Source: Synechococcus sp. (GTDB lineage: Bacteria; Cyanobacteriota; Cyanobacteriia; Thermostichales; PCC-7336). Taken from it: DNA of 64,000 bases. The notes below the pieces were generated by a model, which was not told the DNA's origin, made no database searches, and saw nothing but the letters and a program-made list of their open reading frames with translations. Positions 52,724-63,507 of this stretch are shown piece after piece. The translations under genes and the position numbers were made by a program. The stretch spans positions 26,309-90,308 of the forward strand of contig JBFRWD010000140.1 in assembly GCA_051439425.1 (NCBI GenBank). The letters are read 5' to 3'. Every line of letters starts with the position of its first letter. Position 1 is the stretch's first letter.

Positions 52724-53173
52724 TCATTCTCTGGTGTCGGTATTCTCCGGTGTCGGGGGTCCGTTAGCAAGCCTGGCAGAGCCAGTGGAAAATATTGAAG
52801 ATGCAATATAGTTCCTCCACCCTCCCCATTGAGTAATCTCCAGTTGTCCATCACACAAAATCGGTTCGCCAATCACCCCAAGCACTTCATCACCATCGGC
52901 AAGACGAACCTTACCAATGCTTAAGCCGGGAGGTTCTTGCTGCAAAATTGTGGCTAAACCAGCAGGGGGCACGGCCCATACTTCAAGAGCGATCGCCCGT
53001 CCTCCAGAGTCCACCCGCACCATTGCCGGATGGCGATCGCCGATTGACCACAGCCGGTAAGTTGCTTCCGTTTCTGCTTCTTTAACAAAGGTAGCCTTCA
53101 CGTTGAGCAGGTTTTTATTGAGTTCCAATCCTCGCATCAACGTACCATTTACAGCTAGCAATACTTTTTTCAT
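52724..53173 (-). CDS. Second stand-alone allophanate-hydrolase C-terminal-like protein
   Basis: LAVNGTLMRGLELN, TEATYRLW, EVW, EPPGLSIGKVRLADG, EITQWGGWRNY. Confidence 0.82.
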   Translation of the reverse strand: MKKVLLAVNGTLMRGLELNKNLLNVKATFVKEAETEATYRLWSIGDRHPAMVRVDSGGRAIALEVWAVPPAGLATILQQEPPGLSIGKVRLADGDEVLGVIGEPILCDGQLEITQWGGWRNYIASSIFSTGSARLANGPPTPENTDTRE

Positions 53174-53462
53174 AGAGCTGGATTGAATCAAACAAGAAAC
53201 GTCAGTCGTGGATATCAGAGCATAAAGCGCTTGTTCATTGTCTCTAGATGTTGTGTTTCTGAAAGCGTATAAGGATTGTTAGGCGGCTCATGAATGTATT
53301 GTCGAATTTTATTTTCTTTCAACAGAACCCTACAGTCCGACTGTTACTTGGAATACAAATCTATCCACTCTCCCGAGCGATGATGCTTCCTAACCTAGAA
53401 TCAGATTGCTGTTAGCAAGCCATCTCTGTCATCGTCCAAACGCAATTTTGAGATTGCAACTC

Positions 53463-54137
53463 GTGCGAATTTTGTTAGTTGAAGACGATCCTCAACTGTC
53501 AGCGTCTCTTGCAGAGGCATTGACGGCCCAGCATTATGCTGTCGATGTGGTTCAGGACGGTGAACAGGGTTGGCAACAAGTGAATGACTATCCGTACGAC
53601 CTTATGTTGCTCGATGTGGCACTGCCCAAAATGGATGGGCTTAGGTTGTGTCAGAAATTGCGATCGCAGGGCAATGTCTCACCGATTCTCATGCTGACTG
53701 CTCGGGACACTAGTGTTGACAAGATTTTAGGATTGGATTCCGGAGCAGATGTGTATATGGTCAAGCCATTTGACCTGCTGGAACTTCTCGCTCAAATTAG
53801 AGCACTTTTGAGACGACAATCTATTCGGGACAGCTCTCTGTTGGTCTGGGGAGACTTGATGATGAACAGTCAAACCTACGACGTTAGTTTTCGATCCCAG
53901 AGAATCAATCTAACTCCCAAAGAGTTCGCCATTCTAGAGCTGCTGATGCAAAACGGTCGTCGGGTACTCAGTCGGGCATTTATCATCGATTCAATTTGGT
54001 CGTTAGGCGATCCGCCCGAAGAGGAAACGGTTAAGTCGCATATCAAAAGCCTACGATTGAAATTGCGCAAAGCAGGAGCACCAAAGCACTCAATTGAAAC
54101 AGTTTACGGGTTTGGATATCGATTGGAAGCAGTTTGA
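53463..54137 (+). CDS. OmpR-family response regulator
   Basis: ILLVEDD, LLDVALP, LTAR, KPF, LTPKE, IETVYGFGYR. Confidence 0.95.
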   Translation: MRILLVEDDPQLSASLAEALTAQHYAVDVVQDGEQGWQQVNDYPYDLMLLDVALPKMDGLRLCQKLRSQGNVSPILMLTARDTSVDKILGLDSGADVYMVKPFDLLELLAQIRALLRRQSIRDSSLLVWGDLMMNSQTYDVSFRSQRINLTPKEFAILELLMQNGRRVLSRAFIIDSIWSLGDPPEEETVKSHIKSLRLKLRKAGAPKHSIETVYGFGYRLEAV

Positions 54138-54189
54138 GATAGGAAACTCTCCATAGCGAATTGCCGATCGCTATAAGCCTAATAGACCC

Positions 54190-55974
54190 CTAGTCCACCA
54201 AGGGAAGTTTGACCGTAACTGTTGTGCCGATGTCCAGCTCGCTATCGACGGCAATCGTTCCCCCATGCAGATCGACACAGGTTTTGACGACAGATAATCC
54301 CAATCCCGTTCCCGGTATCGTACCGACATTCTCGCCACGGACGAAGGATCCGAAGAGTTTTTGGCGAGTAGCCTCAGGAATTCCCATCCCGCTATCGCTT
54401 ACCTGAATGACCAATGTTTCTTCCGCCTTATTCAGAGTTAGCTCAACAATGGAGTGCTTAGGAGAATACTTAACCGCATTTGATAGCAAATTCATAAGGA
54501 TAGAGCGGAGTAACTTGGGGTCGAGATAGACCAACCCAACGTCGTTGATGTTTTTAAACAGGATGGACTGGCTCTTTGCTCCAACTTTTATTTCGCTGAC
54601 GAGTTCAGTGCAATAGACATCTAAATTAAACAAGCGAGGAGCAAAATCCAACTTTCCACTCTCGGCCCGAGTCAGGGTCAAAATATCGTCCACCAGCTGA
54701 GATAGCTCCTTGGTAGCGGTTTGAATTCGATGGGTGAAAATGTCCTGTTGCTCGGTTGACAGTCGATCGCGATTCGTTTCCAGCGACTGAGCACAAATCA
54801 GAATAGTGCTGAGGGGAGTCCGCAGTTCGTGGGAGGCCATCGAGAAGAAGCGTAATTTGAGATCGTTGATTTCTCGCATGCGATCCAGAACCGCTTGAGA
54901 ACGCAACAAATAAGACAGCAACCCTGCGGTCAGTAGCGTTCCGATCGCCATCACGGAAAAAGCCCCCCAAGAAAGCGGGGGCAACGGGTATGATTCGGCA
55001 GCCTCAAATACGATCGACCACTCCCGCTGACCGACAGTCAGTTCTCGTACACAGCTGGTCGGGTTTGGACACAGGTAAGTATTACGTTTGCTGATACCTG
55101 GAGGCTGCGAGAGGGTCATGCTGCGCCCAGACGCTTGATAGGTACCGAGAAATTCACTGGCTGGGACTGCGTTGAGATCGCGAATGAAAAAGTTGATGTC
55201 GTAGTTGAGATTGGCTAACGATTCTTCCACGACATCAGAGACGCGAAAGACTCCGAGGATATATCCATTCGGTGTATCGGAATGCGATCGCTCTGGGTTG
55301 TGTGGTTCTGGATTTCGTTGCTCTAATGGTCCTCCCCCAGACCGAGCGGTGCTTGGAAAAATGGGCAAAAACATTAAAAAACCAAACTGTTCCTCAGTTT
55401 CTTGCACTAAGGAGATTCGCCCGGAAGCTACCACAGTACGTTTGTCTCGGGCCTCTTCAAGGGCCTGTCTGCGAGTATCGTTAGACCTCAGATCGAAGCC
55501 ATGCGCTCTTTCATTTCCCTGCATGGGGGCAATATACGTAACGGGAACATACTCCTCTCGAACAGTAGCGGCTACGAGGTTGCCATTTAGATCGGACTCG
55601 ACAATTCGAAATGAGTCATACCCGAGAGCCCGCACTGACGCTTCGAAGTCCGCTCTCTCGTCCGCCGCGATCGCTGGGGCCCATTCCAACGCTTGAATTC
55701 CTGGGTAAACATTTAGATAGGGACGCACAAACGTTTTAAATTCGGCCTCGCTGACGGTACCTGAGACATCGTAAAACGCTGATAGCGACAGTAATAATTC
55801 AGAATGGCGATCGATATTCCGCTGTAATGTGGTGGATAGATTGTCGATTTGTTGAGAGAACTGCAGTTGCTGCTGGACTCGCTCGAATCGACTCACAGCG
55901 ATCGCTGTAGCCAAAGTGAGCACCCCTCCCAAACAGAGCGTCGTACCAATCGATATGAGGCGCTTGGCCCTCAC
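54190..55974 (-). CDS. CHASE-domain sensor histidine kinase
   Basis: TM, IQALEWAP..YVPVTYIAP..GFDL (CHASE), TM, ASHELRTPL, NAVKYS, GTGLGL. Confidence 0.92.
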   Translation of the reverse strand: MRAKRLISIGTTLCLGGVLTLATAIAVSRFERVQQQLQFSQQIDNLSTTLQRNIDRHSELLLSLSAFYDVSGTVSEAEFKTFVRPYLNVYPGIQALEWAPAIAADERADFEASVRALGYDSFRIVESDLNGNLVAATVREEYVPVTYIAPMQGNERAHGFDLRSNDTRRQALEEARDKRTVVASGRISLVQETEEQFGFLMFLPIFPSTARSGGGPLEQRNPEPHNPERSHSDTPNGYILGVFRVSDVVEESLANLNYDINFFIRDLNAVPASEFLGTYQASGRSMTLSQPPGISKRNTYLCPNPTSCVRELTVGQREWSIVFEAAESYPLPPLSWGAFSVMAIGTLLTAGLLSYLLRSQAVLDRMREINDLKLRFFSMASHELRTPLSTILICAQSLETNRDRLSTEQQDIFTHRIQTATKELSQLVDDILTLTRAESGKLDFAPRLFNLDVYCTELVSEIKVGAKSQSILFKNINDVGLVYLDPKLLRSILMNLLSNAVKYSPKHSIVELTLNKAEETLVIQVSDSGMGIPEATRQKLFGSFVRGENVGTIPGTGLGLSVVKTCVDLHGGTIAVDSELDIGTTVTVKLPLVD

Positions 55975-56212
55975 AGATCACCTTTTTTCGACCCAATCTA
56001 CCCGACTTTTGCCCGGTTTCCTCCCGATTCTTCCACATCTTTTACCTATAGTGCTTGGCAAATTGATGCGCCGAGCATTGTGCTTGTCGTTGATATTGAT
56101 AGATTTCGGCGGCTCCTGCTAGTACGGAGCGTTCTAGTGTCCGCCAGTGATTATCGTGGCTGCAGCCCTCCATGTGAAGTGGAGATCGGGCGAGTTTTTT
56201 GGGGAGAGTTCG

Positions 56213-57868
56213 ATGAAGCGAAGAGACTTGTTGAAAGGTGGAACCGCTTTGGTGGCGGGTAGTGCGCTGTTAGGAACTGGGCGAGCAACGCAATCTGTTC
56301 CTACGCTGATTGCCCAAGCAGGGGCGGATAGCACCCTGAGAGTCGTTCGCGGTGGAGGCTTCCCTAACGGTCTAGACCTGCACGCAGTCGGTACCAACCG
56401 TCCTGCCTACGGATCTGCCTGGAATCTCTACGATCGCCTGATGACCTTCGGCACCAAAACGCTCGCCGATGGCAGTGAATCCTACGATTACACAGTTCTG
56501 GAACCCGAGCTGGCAGAAAGCTGGGAGATCGCCGAAGATGGCCTCTCCGTTACCTTTAACTTGCGTCAAGACGCGACGTTCCACGACGGAACACCTGTAA
56601 CCGCGAATGACGTGAAATGGTCCTTCGATCGCGCTGTCTCTGTTGGCGGCTTCCCCACCTTCCAAATGAAAGCCGGGGCGTTGGAAAGTCCGGAGCAATT
56701 TAGCGTCGTGGACGATTACACGTTCCGCGTCGACTTTTTGCGCCAGGACAAACTCACCATGATCGACATGGCGGTACCAATTCCGGTGATTATCAACTCG
56801 GAATTGGTTAAACAACATGTCACCGAGGATGACCCTTGGGGGACAGTGTGGTTGAATGCCAACGACGCGGGCGGCGGTGCTTATCAAGTGGACACCTTCA
56901 AACCCGGTGAGCGTCTGGTGTTGAAGCGGTTCGAGGACTGGAAATCGGGTCCTTTGCCTCAACTCGAACAAGTCATCGTCCTCGATGTGCCTGAAGCAGG
57001 AACTCGACGAGCGTTGTTGGAACGGGGCGATGTCGATATTAATTTCGATGTGGCAGAAAAAGACACCAAGGAACTGCGCGATATCGGCGACTTCACGGTG
57101 ATCTCTACTCCGATTGAGAATGCGATGCACACCATCGATCTCAACTCCACCCCCGAACTGGGAGGGGAGCCGAATCCCTTCTTCGATGTCAAGGTGCGAC
57201 AAGCGGTTGCCTACGCCGTCCCGTACGAAGCAATTATGACAACAGCCATGTTCGGACAGGGGGTACCGATGTTTGGCGGGCCATCGTTCGAGCCCGAAAC
57301 CATTGACTGGCCGCAACCCTTTCCGTACGTGACAGATATGGAAAAAGCCAAAGCCTTATTGGCTGAATCCAGCTATCCAGACGGCTTTTCAACAACACTG
57401 GCGTTTAACTTGGGAACGCAGGAATGGGCTGAACCCATGTGCGTGCTGATTCAAGAGGCGCTCGCTGAGTTGGGCATCCAAGTGACGCTGGAAAAAGTCC
57501 CAGGAGCGAATTTCCGGGCTGTTCTGGTGGAAAAAAACCGACCGATGATTATCAATAACTTCGGTGGTTGGCTAAACTTCCCAGACTATTTCTTCTTCTA
57601 TTCCTATCACGGGCAAAATGCCACCTTTAACGGAAGCTCCTACCAAAACCCAGAGCTAGATGAGTTGGTAGATGCCGCCTTACAAACCGGACCTGGCGAT
57701 CCGGCTTACGACGAGTACGTGAAAGGCTTCCTGAAAATAGCCTTCGAGGAAATGCCGCGAGTACCGATGGTTCAACCCTCTCTATCGGTTGCGATGCAAC
57801 CCAACATATCGGGCTACAAATATTGGTTCCACCGTCAGCTCGATTATCGGCAAATGGTTAAGTCCTAA
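56213..57868 (+). CDS. Dpp/Opp-family substrate-binding protein with Tat signal
   Basis: MKRRDLLK leader, LAESW, FHDGTPVTANDVKWS, VRQAVAYA. Confidence 0.92.
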   Translation: MKRRDLLKGGTALVAGSALLGTGRATQSVPTLIAQAGADSTLRVVRGGGFPNGLDLHAVGTNRPAYGSAWNLYDRLMTFGTKTLADGSESYDYTVLEPELAESWEIAEDGLSVTFNLRQDATFHDGTPVTANDVKWSFDRAVSVGGFPTFQMKAGALESPEQFSVVDDYTFRVDFLRQDKLTMIDMAVPIPVIINSELVKQHVTEDDPWGTVWLNANDAGGGAYQVDTFKPGERLVLKRFEDWKSGPLPQLEQVIVLDVPEAGTRRALLERGDVDINFDVAEKDTKELRDIGDFTVISTPIENAMHTIDLNSTPELGGEPNPFFDVKVRQAVAYAVPYEAIMTTAMFGQGVPMFGGPSFEPETIDWPQPFPYVTDMEKAKALLAESSYPDGFSTTLAFNLGTQEWAEPMCVLIQEALAELGIQVTLEKVPGANFRAVLVEKNRPMIINNFGGWLNFPDYFFFYSYHGQNATFNGSSYQNPELDELVDAALQTGPGDPAYDEYVKGFLKIAFEEMPRVPMVQPSLSVAMQPNISGYKYWFHRQLDYRQMVKS

Positions 57869-58047
57869 CGTTCGGGCCGTCGCTATTTGCTGAGTTATCA
57901 GGCTTGCACTTAGAGATGTGCCACCAAGCTTGAGACGTTGCAAGCTGTGGACGTCATTAATCTCCGGATATATTCCAGCAAGCCTAAAGGAGAGCAATCG
58001 CCGAACGCCTCTCCATTGACAGAGCACCTGCCCAGTTTCTATCGCCA

Positions 58048-59073
58048 ATGGCCCGCTCATCGCTCAACCTGTTCATCAATCGCCTATTGGCTGCAATTCC
58101 CAGCTTGGGAGGAGCGATCGTGGTGGCCTTCGTGCTCACTCGGGCGTTACCTGGCGATCCGGCAGCCTATTTTGCCGGACCGGCAGCCACTCAAGAGGCG
58201 ATCGAGCAAATCCGGGAGCAACTGGGACTGAACGACAGTCTCTGGGTTCAGTTTTGGATTTATCTGAACAGCTTAGTTCGCGGGGATTTCGGCACATCGC
58301 TGAATACTGGACAACCGGTGCTGACGGACTTGCTGGAGAAGTTGCCCGCCTCTTTAGAACTGACCGGCTTGGGGTTGATGTTCGCGATCGCAATTGCCAT
58401 TCCCCTCGGCATTTTGGCGGCATTGCATCCCAATTCTTGGATCGACCGTTTTGCGCGATCGATAACCACGGCTGGTGTTTCCCTGCCCACATTCTTCACC
58501 GGACTACTCCTGCAGTACGTGCTGTATTACAAGCTGGGCTGGGCTCCTCCTCCTGTCGGGCGTTTGGATTTGTTCACCACACCACCGACCCACATCACCG
58601 GGTTTTATTCCATCGACAGTTTGCTGGAGTTGAACGTCAGCACCTTTATCGATGCCATATCCCATCTCTTGCTGCCAGCATTTACCTTAGGTATTTTCGC
58701 TCTCGCTCCCCTGGCTCGCGTTACCCGTGCCTCCATGCTGGGGATTATCTCCAGCGACTTCATCCGTACCGCTCGGGCCAATGGATTGCCCCGTCACACC
58801 ATCGTCTTTAGCTACGCCTTCCGCAACGCTCTCCTGCCAATTGTCACCACGATGGGAGTGGTATTCTCCTTCCTGCTGGGGGCCAATGTCTTGGTTGAAA
58901 AAGTGTTTGCCTGGGAAGGGATTGGCTCCTATGCAGTGGAGGCACTCGAAACCTCTGACTACGCTCCGATTCAGGGATTTGTTCTGACGATGGCAACTCT
59001 ATACGTGTTGCTCAACTTGGCGATCGATCTCCTCTACGGCATCATCGATCCCCGCGTGGAGGTGGACGCGTGA
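58048..59073 (+). CDS. Dpp/Opp ABC permease (DppB-like)
   Basis: LPGDPA, GDFGTS, FIRTARANG, EKVFAWEGIG, DPRV. Confidence 0.93.
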   Translation: MARSSLNLFINRLLAAIPSLGGAIVVAFVLTRALPGDPAAYFAGPAATQEAIEQIREQLGLNDSLWVQFWIYLNSLVRGDFGTSLNTGQPVLTDLLEKLPASLELTGLGLMFAIAIAIPLGILAALHPNSWIDRFARSITTAGVSLPTFFTGLLLQYVLYYKLGWAPPPVGRLDLFTTPPTHITGFYSIDSLLELNVSTFIDAISHLLLPAFTLGIFALAPLARVTRASMLGIISSDFIRTARANGLPRHTIVFSYAFRNALLPIVTTMGVVFSFLLGANVLVEKVFAWEGIGSYAVEALETSDYAPIQGFVLTMATLYVLLNLAIDLLYGIIDPRVEVDA

Positions 59074-59915
59074 CAGCGTTTCTGCGCCAGGCTCGCTACA
59101 CGATCGCCGAGAATCGCATGACTCTCGTCGCGTTTTTGCTGTTCGTGGCGTTTGTCGTCATGGGCATATTCGGTCCTTGGATCGTTCCCTTCGATCCGAG
59201 ACAAACCAATGACGCTCTCCAACTGCGATCGCCCACTTGGCAGCACTGGTTCGGCACCGATGAGTTAGGTCGCGATGTCTTTAGTCGGGCGGTTGCTGCA
59301 ACGCGCTTGGACTTGGGCATTGCTGTCTCGGCGGTCGGCATGTCCTTTCTCGCCGGAAGCGTCTTGGGCACCTGCGCCGGATATTTTGGCGGTTGGGTCG
59401 ATCGGATTGCCGGTCGGCTCATCGACACGATCATGGCGTTTCCTCTGTTTGTGTTGGCGATGGGGATTGTGGCAGCGCTGGGCAATTCGGTAGAGAACAT
59501 CATTTACGCGACGGCGCTCGTCAACCTGCCGCTGTACGCGCGGGTGGTGCGATCGGAGGTGGTGGTGGCTCGAAAGGCGGGTTATGTAGACGCCGCCCGA
59601 CTGGCTGGGAACGGGGACTGGCGCATTATGGCAGCACATATTTTCCCGAACGTGTTACCCGCGACGATGGTGCCGATGTCGCTAAATATGGGCTGGTCAA
59701 TTTTGAATGCCGCCGGTCTGTCGTTTATTGGCTTGGGGGTTCGGCCACCGACGGCGGAGTGGGGAATTATGGTGGCGGAAGGGGCGACCTATATCATTTC
59801 TGGGGAATGGTGGATGGCGTTGTTCCCCGGCATGATGCTGATGCTAGCGGTATTTTGCTTCAACTTGCTGGGGGATGGACTGAGAGATCTAGTCGATCCG
59901 AGACGGAGAACTTGA
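59070..59915 (+). CDS. Dpp/Opp ABC permease (DppC-like)
   Basis: HWFGTDELGRDVFSR, LSFIGLG, EWG, GDGLRD; GTGA overlap with the upstream gene. Confidence 0.93.
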   Translation: MTAFLRQARYTIAENRMTLVAFLLFVAFVVMGIFGPWIVPFDPRQTNDALQLRSPTWQHWFGTDELGRDVFSRAVAATRLDLGIAVSAVGMSFLAGSVLGTCAGYFGGWVDRIAGRLIDTIMAFPLFVLAMGIVAALGNSVENIIYATALVNLPLYARVVRSEVVVARKAGYVDAARLAGNGDWRIMAAHIFPNVLPATMVPMSLNMGWSILNAAGLSFIGLGVRPPTAEWGIMVAEGATYIISGEWWMALFPGMMLMLAVFCFNLLGDGLRDLVDPRRRT

Positions 59916-60031
59916 TGGTTTGTCAGGCTGACGTTGATAGTTTTGCAGGCTGACTCCAAAGAACACTATTCCTTGGCCAAGACCCTGCAGTCAGCCTGAA
60001 AGGAGTGGTCGACAACTAGGGAGATATTTGC

Positions 60032-60994
60032 ATGGGTGCACCGCTACTCTCAATTGAAAATCTGACGCTAGAGTTCAAAACTCGGTTGGGGGTGGTTCGC
60101 GCGCTTGAAGGGGTCAATCTCTCGGTCAGACGTGGCGAAACCGTCGGCATTGTGGGAGAAAGCGGTTCGGGAAAATCCGTGCTGGCGATGGCTGTGATGG
60201 GGATTTCGGATAGCGCGGCTCGCATCCGCTCGGGAGCCATTCACTTCGATCTCCAAAACCTCCTCTCTCTAAAAGAATCGGCCCTACGGAAGATTCGCGG
60301 CAAAGACCTCTCCATGATTTTCCAAAGCCCGCGCACCGCTCTCAATCCGATCCGGCAGGTGGGCAAACAGTTGGAGGATGTGCTCAAAGCCCACGCACGC
60401 ATTCCGCGATCGCTGTTGAAACAGCGGGCAATCGAACTGCTGGCCCAAGTGCGTATCCCCGATCCTCAACGGCGATATTTGGCTTATCCCAACGAACTGT
60501 CTGGTGGACAATGCCAGCGCATTGGAATCGCTCTCGCCCTCGCCTGTTCCCCCAAGCTACTGATTGCCGACGAACCCACGACGGGTCTGGATGTCACCAC
60601 CCAAGCCGCTATCTTGCACCTGATTCGTGATTTGGCCCGCGACACGCAGATGGCCACTGCCATCATTACGCACGATCTCGGTTTAGCCGCGGATTATTGC
60701 GATCGCATTGCCGTCATGCACGCCGGACACGTGGTGGAAGTGGCACCCACTCAAGATTTGTTCGAACACCCCAGCCATCCCTATACGGCCAAGCTGATTG
60801 CAGCCACTCCCGATTTGGTATCCGACATGCGTCACTTGGTGCCAATTTCGGGGAATTTGCCGGATTTGAGGGGTGCATTACCGGCTTGTCGGTTTAGCAA
60901 GCGTTGCGATCGCTACCATCGAGACTGCGAACAACCTCTATCTCTAAAGACAATTGCCCCCAATCGTGCAGTTGCCTGCTGGAGGCCCTTATGA
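60032..60994 (+). CDS. Dpp/Opp ABC ATPase (DppD-like)
   Basis: GESGSGKS, LSGGQCQR, ADEPTT, HPYT, C-terminal Cys cluster. Confidence 0.94.
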   Translation: MGAPLLSIENLTLEFKTRLGVVRALEGVNLSVRRGETVGIVGESGSGKSVLAMAVMGISDSAARIRSGAIHFDLQNLLSLKESALRKIRGKDLSMIFQSPRTALNPIRQVGKQLEDVLKAHARIPRSLLKQRAIELLAQVRIPDPQRRYLAYPNELSGGQCQRIGIALALACSPKLLIADEPTTGLDVTTQAAILHLIRDLARDTQMATAIITHDLGLAADYCDRIAVMHAGHVVEVAPTQDLFEHPSHPYTAKLIAATPDLVSDMRHLVPISGNLPDLRGALPACRFSKRCDRYHRDCEQPLSLKTIAPNRAVACWRPL

Positions 60995-62058
60995 CAGAGG
61001 AATCGCAAACGAAAGATTTACTCGCCGTCCGGGGGCTGACGAAGAAGTTTCACACCGGTCATTCAGAACCGTTGTTGAAGCGGTTGAGAACGGCGTTTTT
61101 GCAGGAAAAGAAGTCGCTGTCTCCTCATTTGCTTCACGCTGTAGACGACGTCTCATTTTCGATTCGGGCTGGCGAAAGCGTTGGGTTAGTGGGGGAGTCC
61201 GGTTGCGGTAAGTCGACCTTGGTCCGTTTGGTCACACGCTTGATGGACCCTACTGCAGGGGAAATTTGGTTCGAGGGCAGCGATCTCGCCAGCATTCCCA
61301 GTCGGCGCTTTGCCCGATCGCCGCACAGACCCAACGTGCAGATGGTGTTCCAAGATCCCAGCGACAGCCTTAATCCCGCTCACACTGCCTTTGCAGCAAT
61401 CGCCGAACCTTTGAAGCGATTGGGGACTGCAAATCAACGGTCTGAATTAACTGTTCGCGTGCATCAATTGGCGGATTGGGTGGGGTTACCGGCGGAGCTG
61501 CTCAGTCGCTTTCCCCACCAGCTTTCGGGGGGGCAGAAGGCTAGGGTGGTGATTGCGCGGGCGATCGCTTTGGAGCCAAAGTTATTGGTGTTGGACGAAC
61601 CGACTTCGGCGTTGGATGTGTCGGTACAGGCGTTGATTTTGCAGCTATTGGCGACATTACGCCAGCGATTGGGAATTAGCTACCTGTTTGTGTCGCACGA
61701 TTTAAATGTGGTGAGGTTGCTGTGCGATCGCGCCATTGTCATGTATCTGGGCAAAGTTGTGGAATCCGGCCCTGTGGAAGACATATTTACTCGACCGGCT
61801 CATCCCTACACTCGCGCTTTAGTTTCGGCGATTCCAAAGTTTGGCAGCAAGGTAAAGTCCGAACAGTTTCAGTTAGAGGGCGATCCGCAAAGTCCTATCG
61901 ATCCCGATCCAAATACGTGCCGACTGTTTGGCCGCTGTCCGAAAGGGACGGACATGTGCGCAGAGAAGATGCCTCCCTTACAAGCGTTTGTTCCCGATCG
62001 TGAGGTGGCTTGCCATTTCACAGAAATCAACATTGAGGCCTACTCAAAAAGCATGTAG
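60991..62058 (+). CDS. Dpp/Opp ABC ATPase (DppF-like)
   Basis: [37 protein letters not shown] overlap. Confidence 0.94.
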   Translation: MTEESQTKDLLAVRGLTKKFHTGHSEPLLKRLRTAFLQEKKSLSPHLLHAVDDVSFSIRAGESVGLVGESGCGKSTLVRLVTRLMDPTAGEIWFEGSDLASIPSRRFARSPHRPNVQMVFQDPSDSLNPAHTAFAAIAEPLKRLGTANQRSELTVRVHQLADWVGLPAELLSRFPHQLSGGQKARVVIARAIALEPKLLVLDEPTSALDVSVQALILQLLATLRQRLGISYLFVSHDLNVVRLLCDRAIVMYLGKVVESGPVEDIFTRPAHPYTRALVSAIPKFGSKVKSEQFQLEGDPQSPIDPDPNTCRLFGRCPKGTDMCAEKMPPLQAFVPDREVACHFTEINIEAYSKSM

Positions 62059-62235
62059 ATGTCCGGGCCGCTTGGGATTACTTGACTCAGGAGTGAGGCT
62101 TACAGTCAGAATAGATTGCAGTTTACGTTCACTCGATTGGAGGGGCGATCGCGATCGAAGGTTTATCGAACAAGCACTGCCTCACAGACAATGATTTGAT
62201 TGTGAGTTGTTTCATTAGCACTGCCAAGAGGTCAC

Positions 62236-63507
62236 TCAGTCGGCAAACTTGCGGAATGCCAAAGTGACGTTGTGCCCGCCGAATCCAAGAGAATTGGACA
62301 GAGCAACATTCACGGTCAATTCGCGACTGTTGTAGGGCACATAATCCAAATCGCAACCCTCACCGGGGTTGTCCAGATTCAGAGTGGGAGGAACGCGATC
62401 GCGAGCCACCGTCAACACGGAGGCCACCGCCTCAATACCACCCGATCCACCCAAAAGATGGCCGGTCATAGACTTGGTCGAGCTAACCGCTACGCTTCCA
62501 GCATGCTCGCCCAACACCGTTTTGATCGCCGCTGACTCATTCTTGTCGTTGGCTGGAGTGCTGGTGCCGTGAGCATTGATATAGCTGACTTCCTCGGGAG
62601 ACAAACCACCATCCTTGAGGGCAAAACGCATCGCCCTCGCAGCCCCTTCGCCCCCCTCAGCAGGAGCCGTGATGTGAAACGCGTCGCAGGTAAGACCGTA
62701 GCCCACCATTTCGGCGTAAATCTTGGCCCCACGAGCTTTGGCATGTTCCAGCTCTTCCAGCACCAAGATGCCGCTGCCTTCACCCATCACAAACCCGTCG
62801 CGGTCTTTGTCAAAGGGGCGACTGGCCCGCTGGGGGTCGTCGTTGCGAGTGGACATCGCCTTCATATTGGAGAAACCCGCCATCGATAATTCCGTAATGG
62901 CAGCTTCCGCCCCTCCCGCAATCATGGCTTGGGCATCTCCTCGCTGCACGATACGAAACGCATCGCCCAACGCATTGGCTCCGGCAGCACAAGCGGTCAC
63001 CGTGCAGTTGCTCGGACCTTTGGCACCAATTTTGATGGCAACCTGACCGGCGGCCATGTTGGCAATCATCATCGGAATCATAAACGGACTGCAGCGCCCC
63101 GGACCTTTGGTGAGATTGACCCGCTGCTGATCTTCTAAAACTTTAATGCCGCCAATCCCCGTTCCGATTAGCACGCCCACCTGCTCGGCATTGACATCGC
63201 TGATGGGCAACTCAGAGTCTTCGATCGCCTGCAGAGCAGCACCAATCGCAAAATGCACAAACCGATCGTTGCGTTTAATTTCCTTGCGATCCAAGTAAAT
63301 CGCTGGGTCGAAACCCTTTACCTCAGCTGCAATCTGACAACCGTGCCGAGACGCATCGAAATGAGTAATCGGCCCCATTCCGCTGCGACCCTCCATCAAC
63401 CCCTGCCAGTACTCTTCGGTGGTAATACCAATGGGGGTGACGGCACCTAGACCGGTCACAACCACGCGCTTCAGTTCGATAGTGCGGTTCGTAGAAGTAT
63501 CAGACAT
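62236..63507 (-). CDS. fabF: Beta-ketoacyl-ACP synthase II
   Basis: [36 protein letters not shown]. Confidence 0.97.
   Translation of the reverse strand: MSDTSTNRTIELKRVVVTGLGAVTPIGITTEEYWQGLMEGRSGMGPITHFDASRHGCQIAAEVKGFDPAIYLDRKEIKRNDRFVHFAIGAALQAIEDSELPISDVNAEQVGVLIGTGIGGIKVLEDQQRVNLTKGPGRCSPFMIPMMIANMAAGQVAIKIGAKGPSNCTVTACAAGANALGDAFRIVQRGDAQAMIAGGAEAAITELSMAGFSNMKAMSTRNDDPQRASRPFDKDRDGFVMGEGSGILVLEELEHAKARGAKIYAEMVGYGLTCDAFHITAPAEGGEGAARAMRFALKDGGLSPEEVSYINAHGTSTPANDKNESAAIKTVLGEHAGSVAVSSTKSMTGHLLGGSGGIEAVASVLTVARDRVPPTLNLDNPGEGCDLDYVPYNSRELTVNVALSNSLGFGGHNVTLAFRKFAD

Noticed and set aside
53343..53356. NtcA-like GTT-N8-TAC site
   Set aside because: No TAN3T at the 22-nt spacing on either strand; weak as an activator site.
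56372..57316. Long antisense ORF (314 aa) and similar shadow ORFs elsewhere
   Set aside because: They lie opposite well-supported genes and are explained by codon bias of the real strand.
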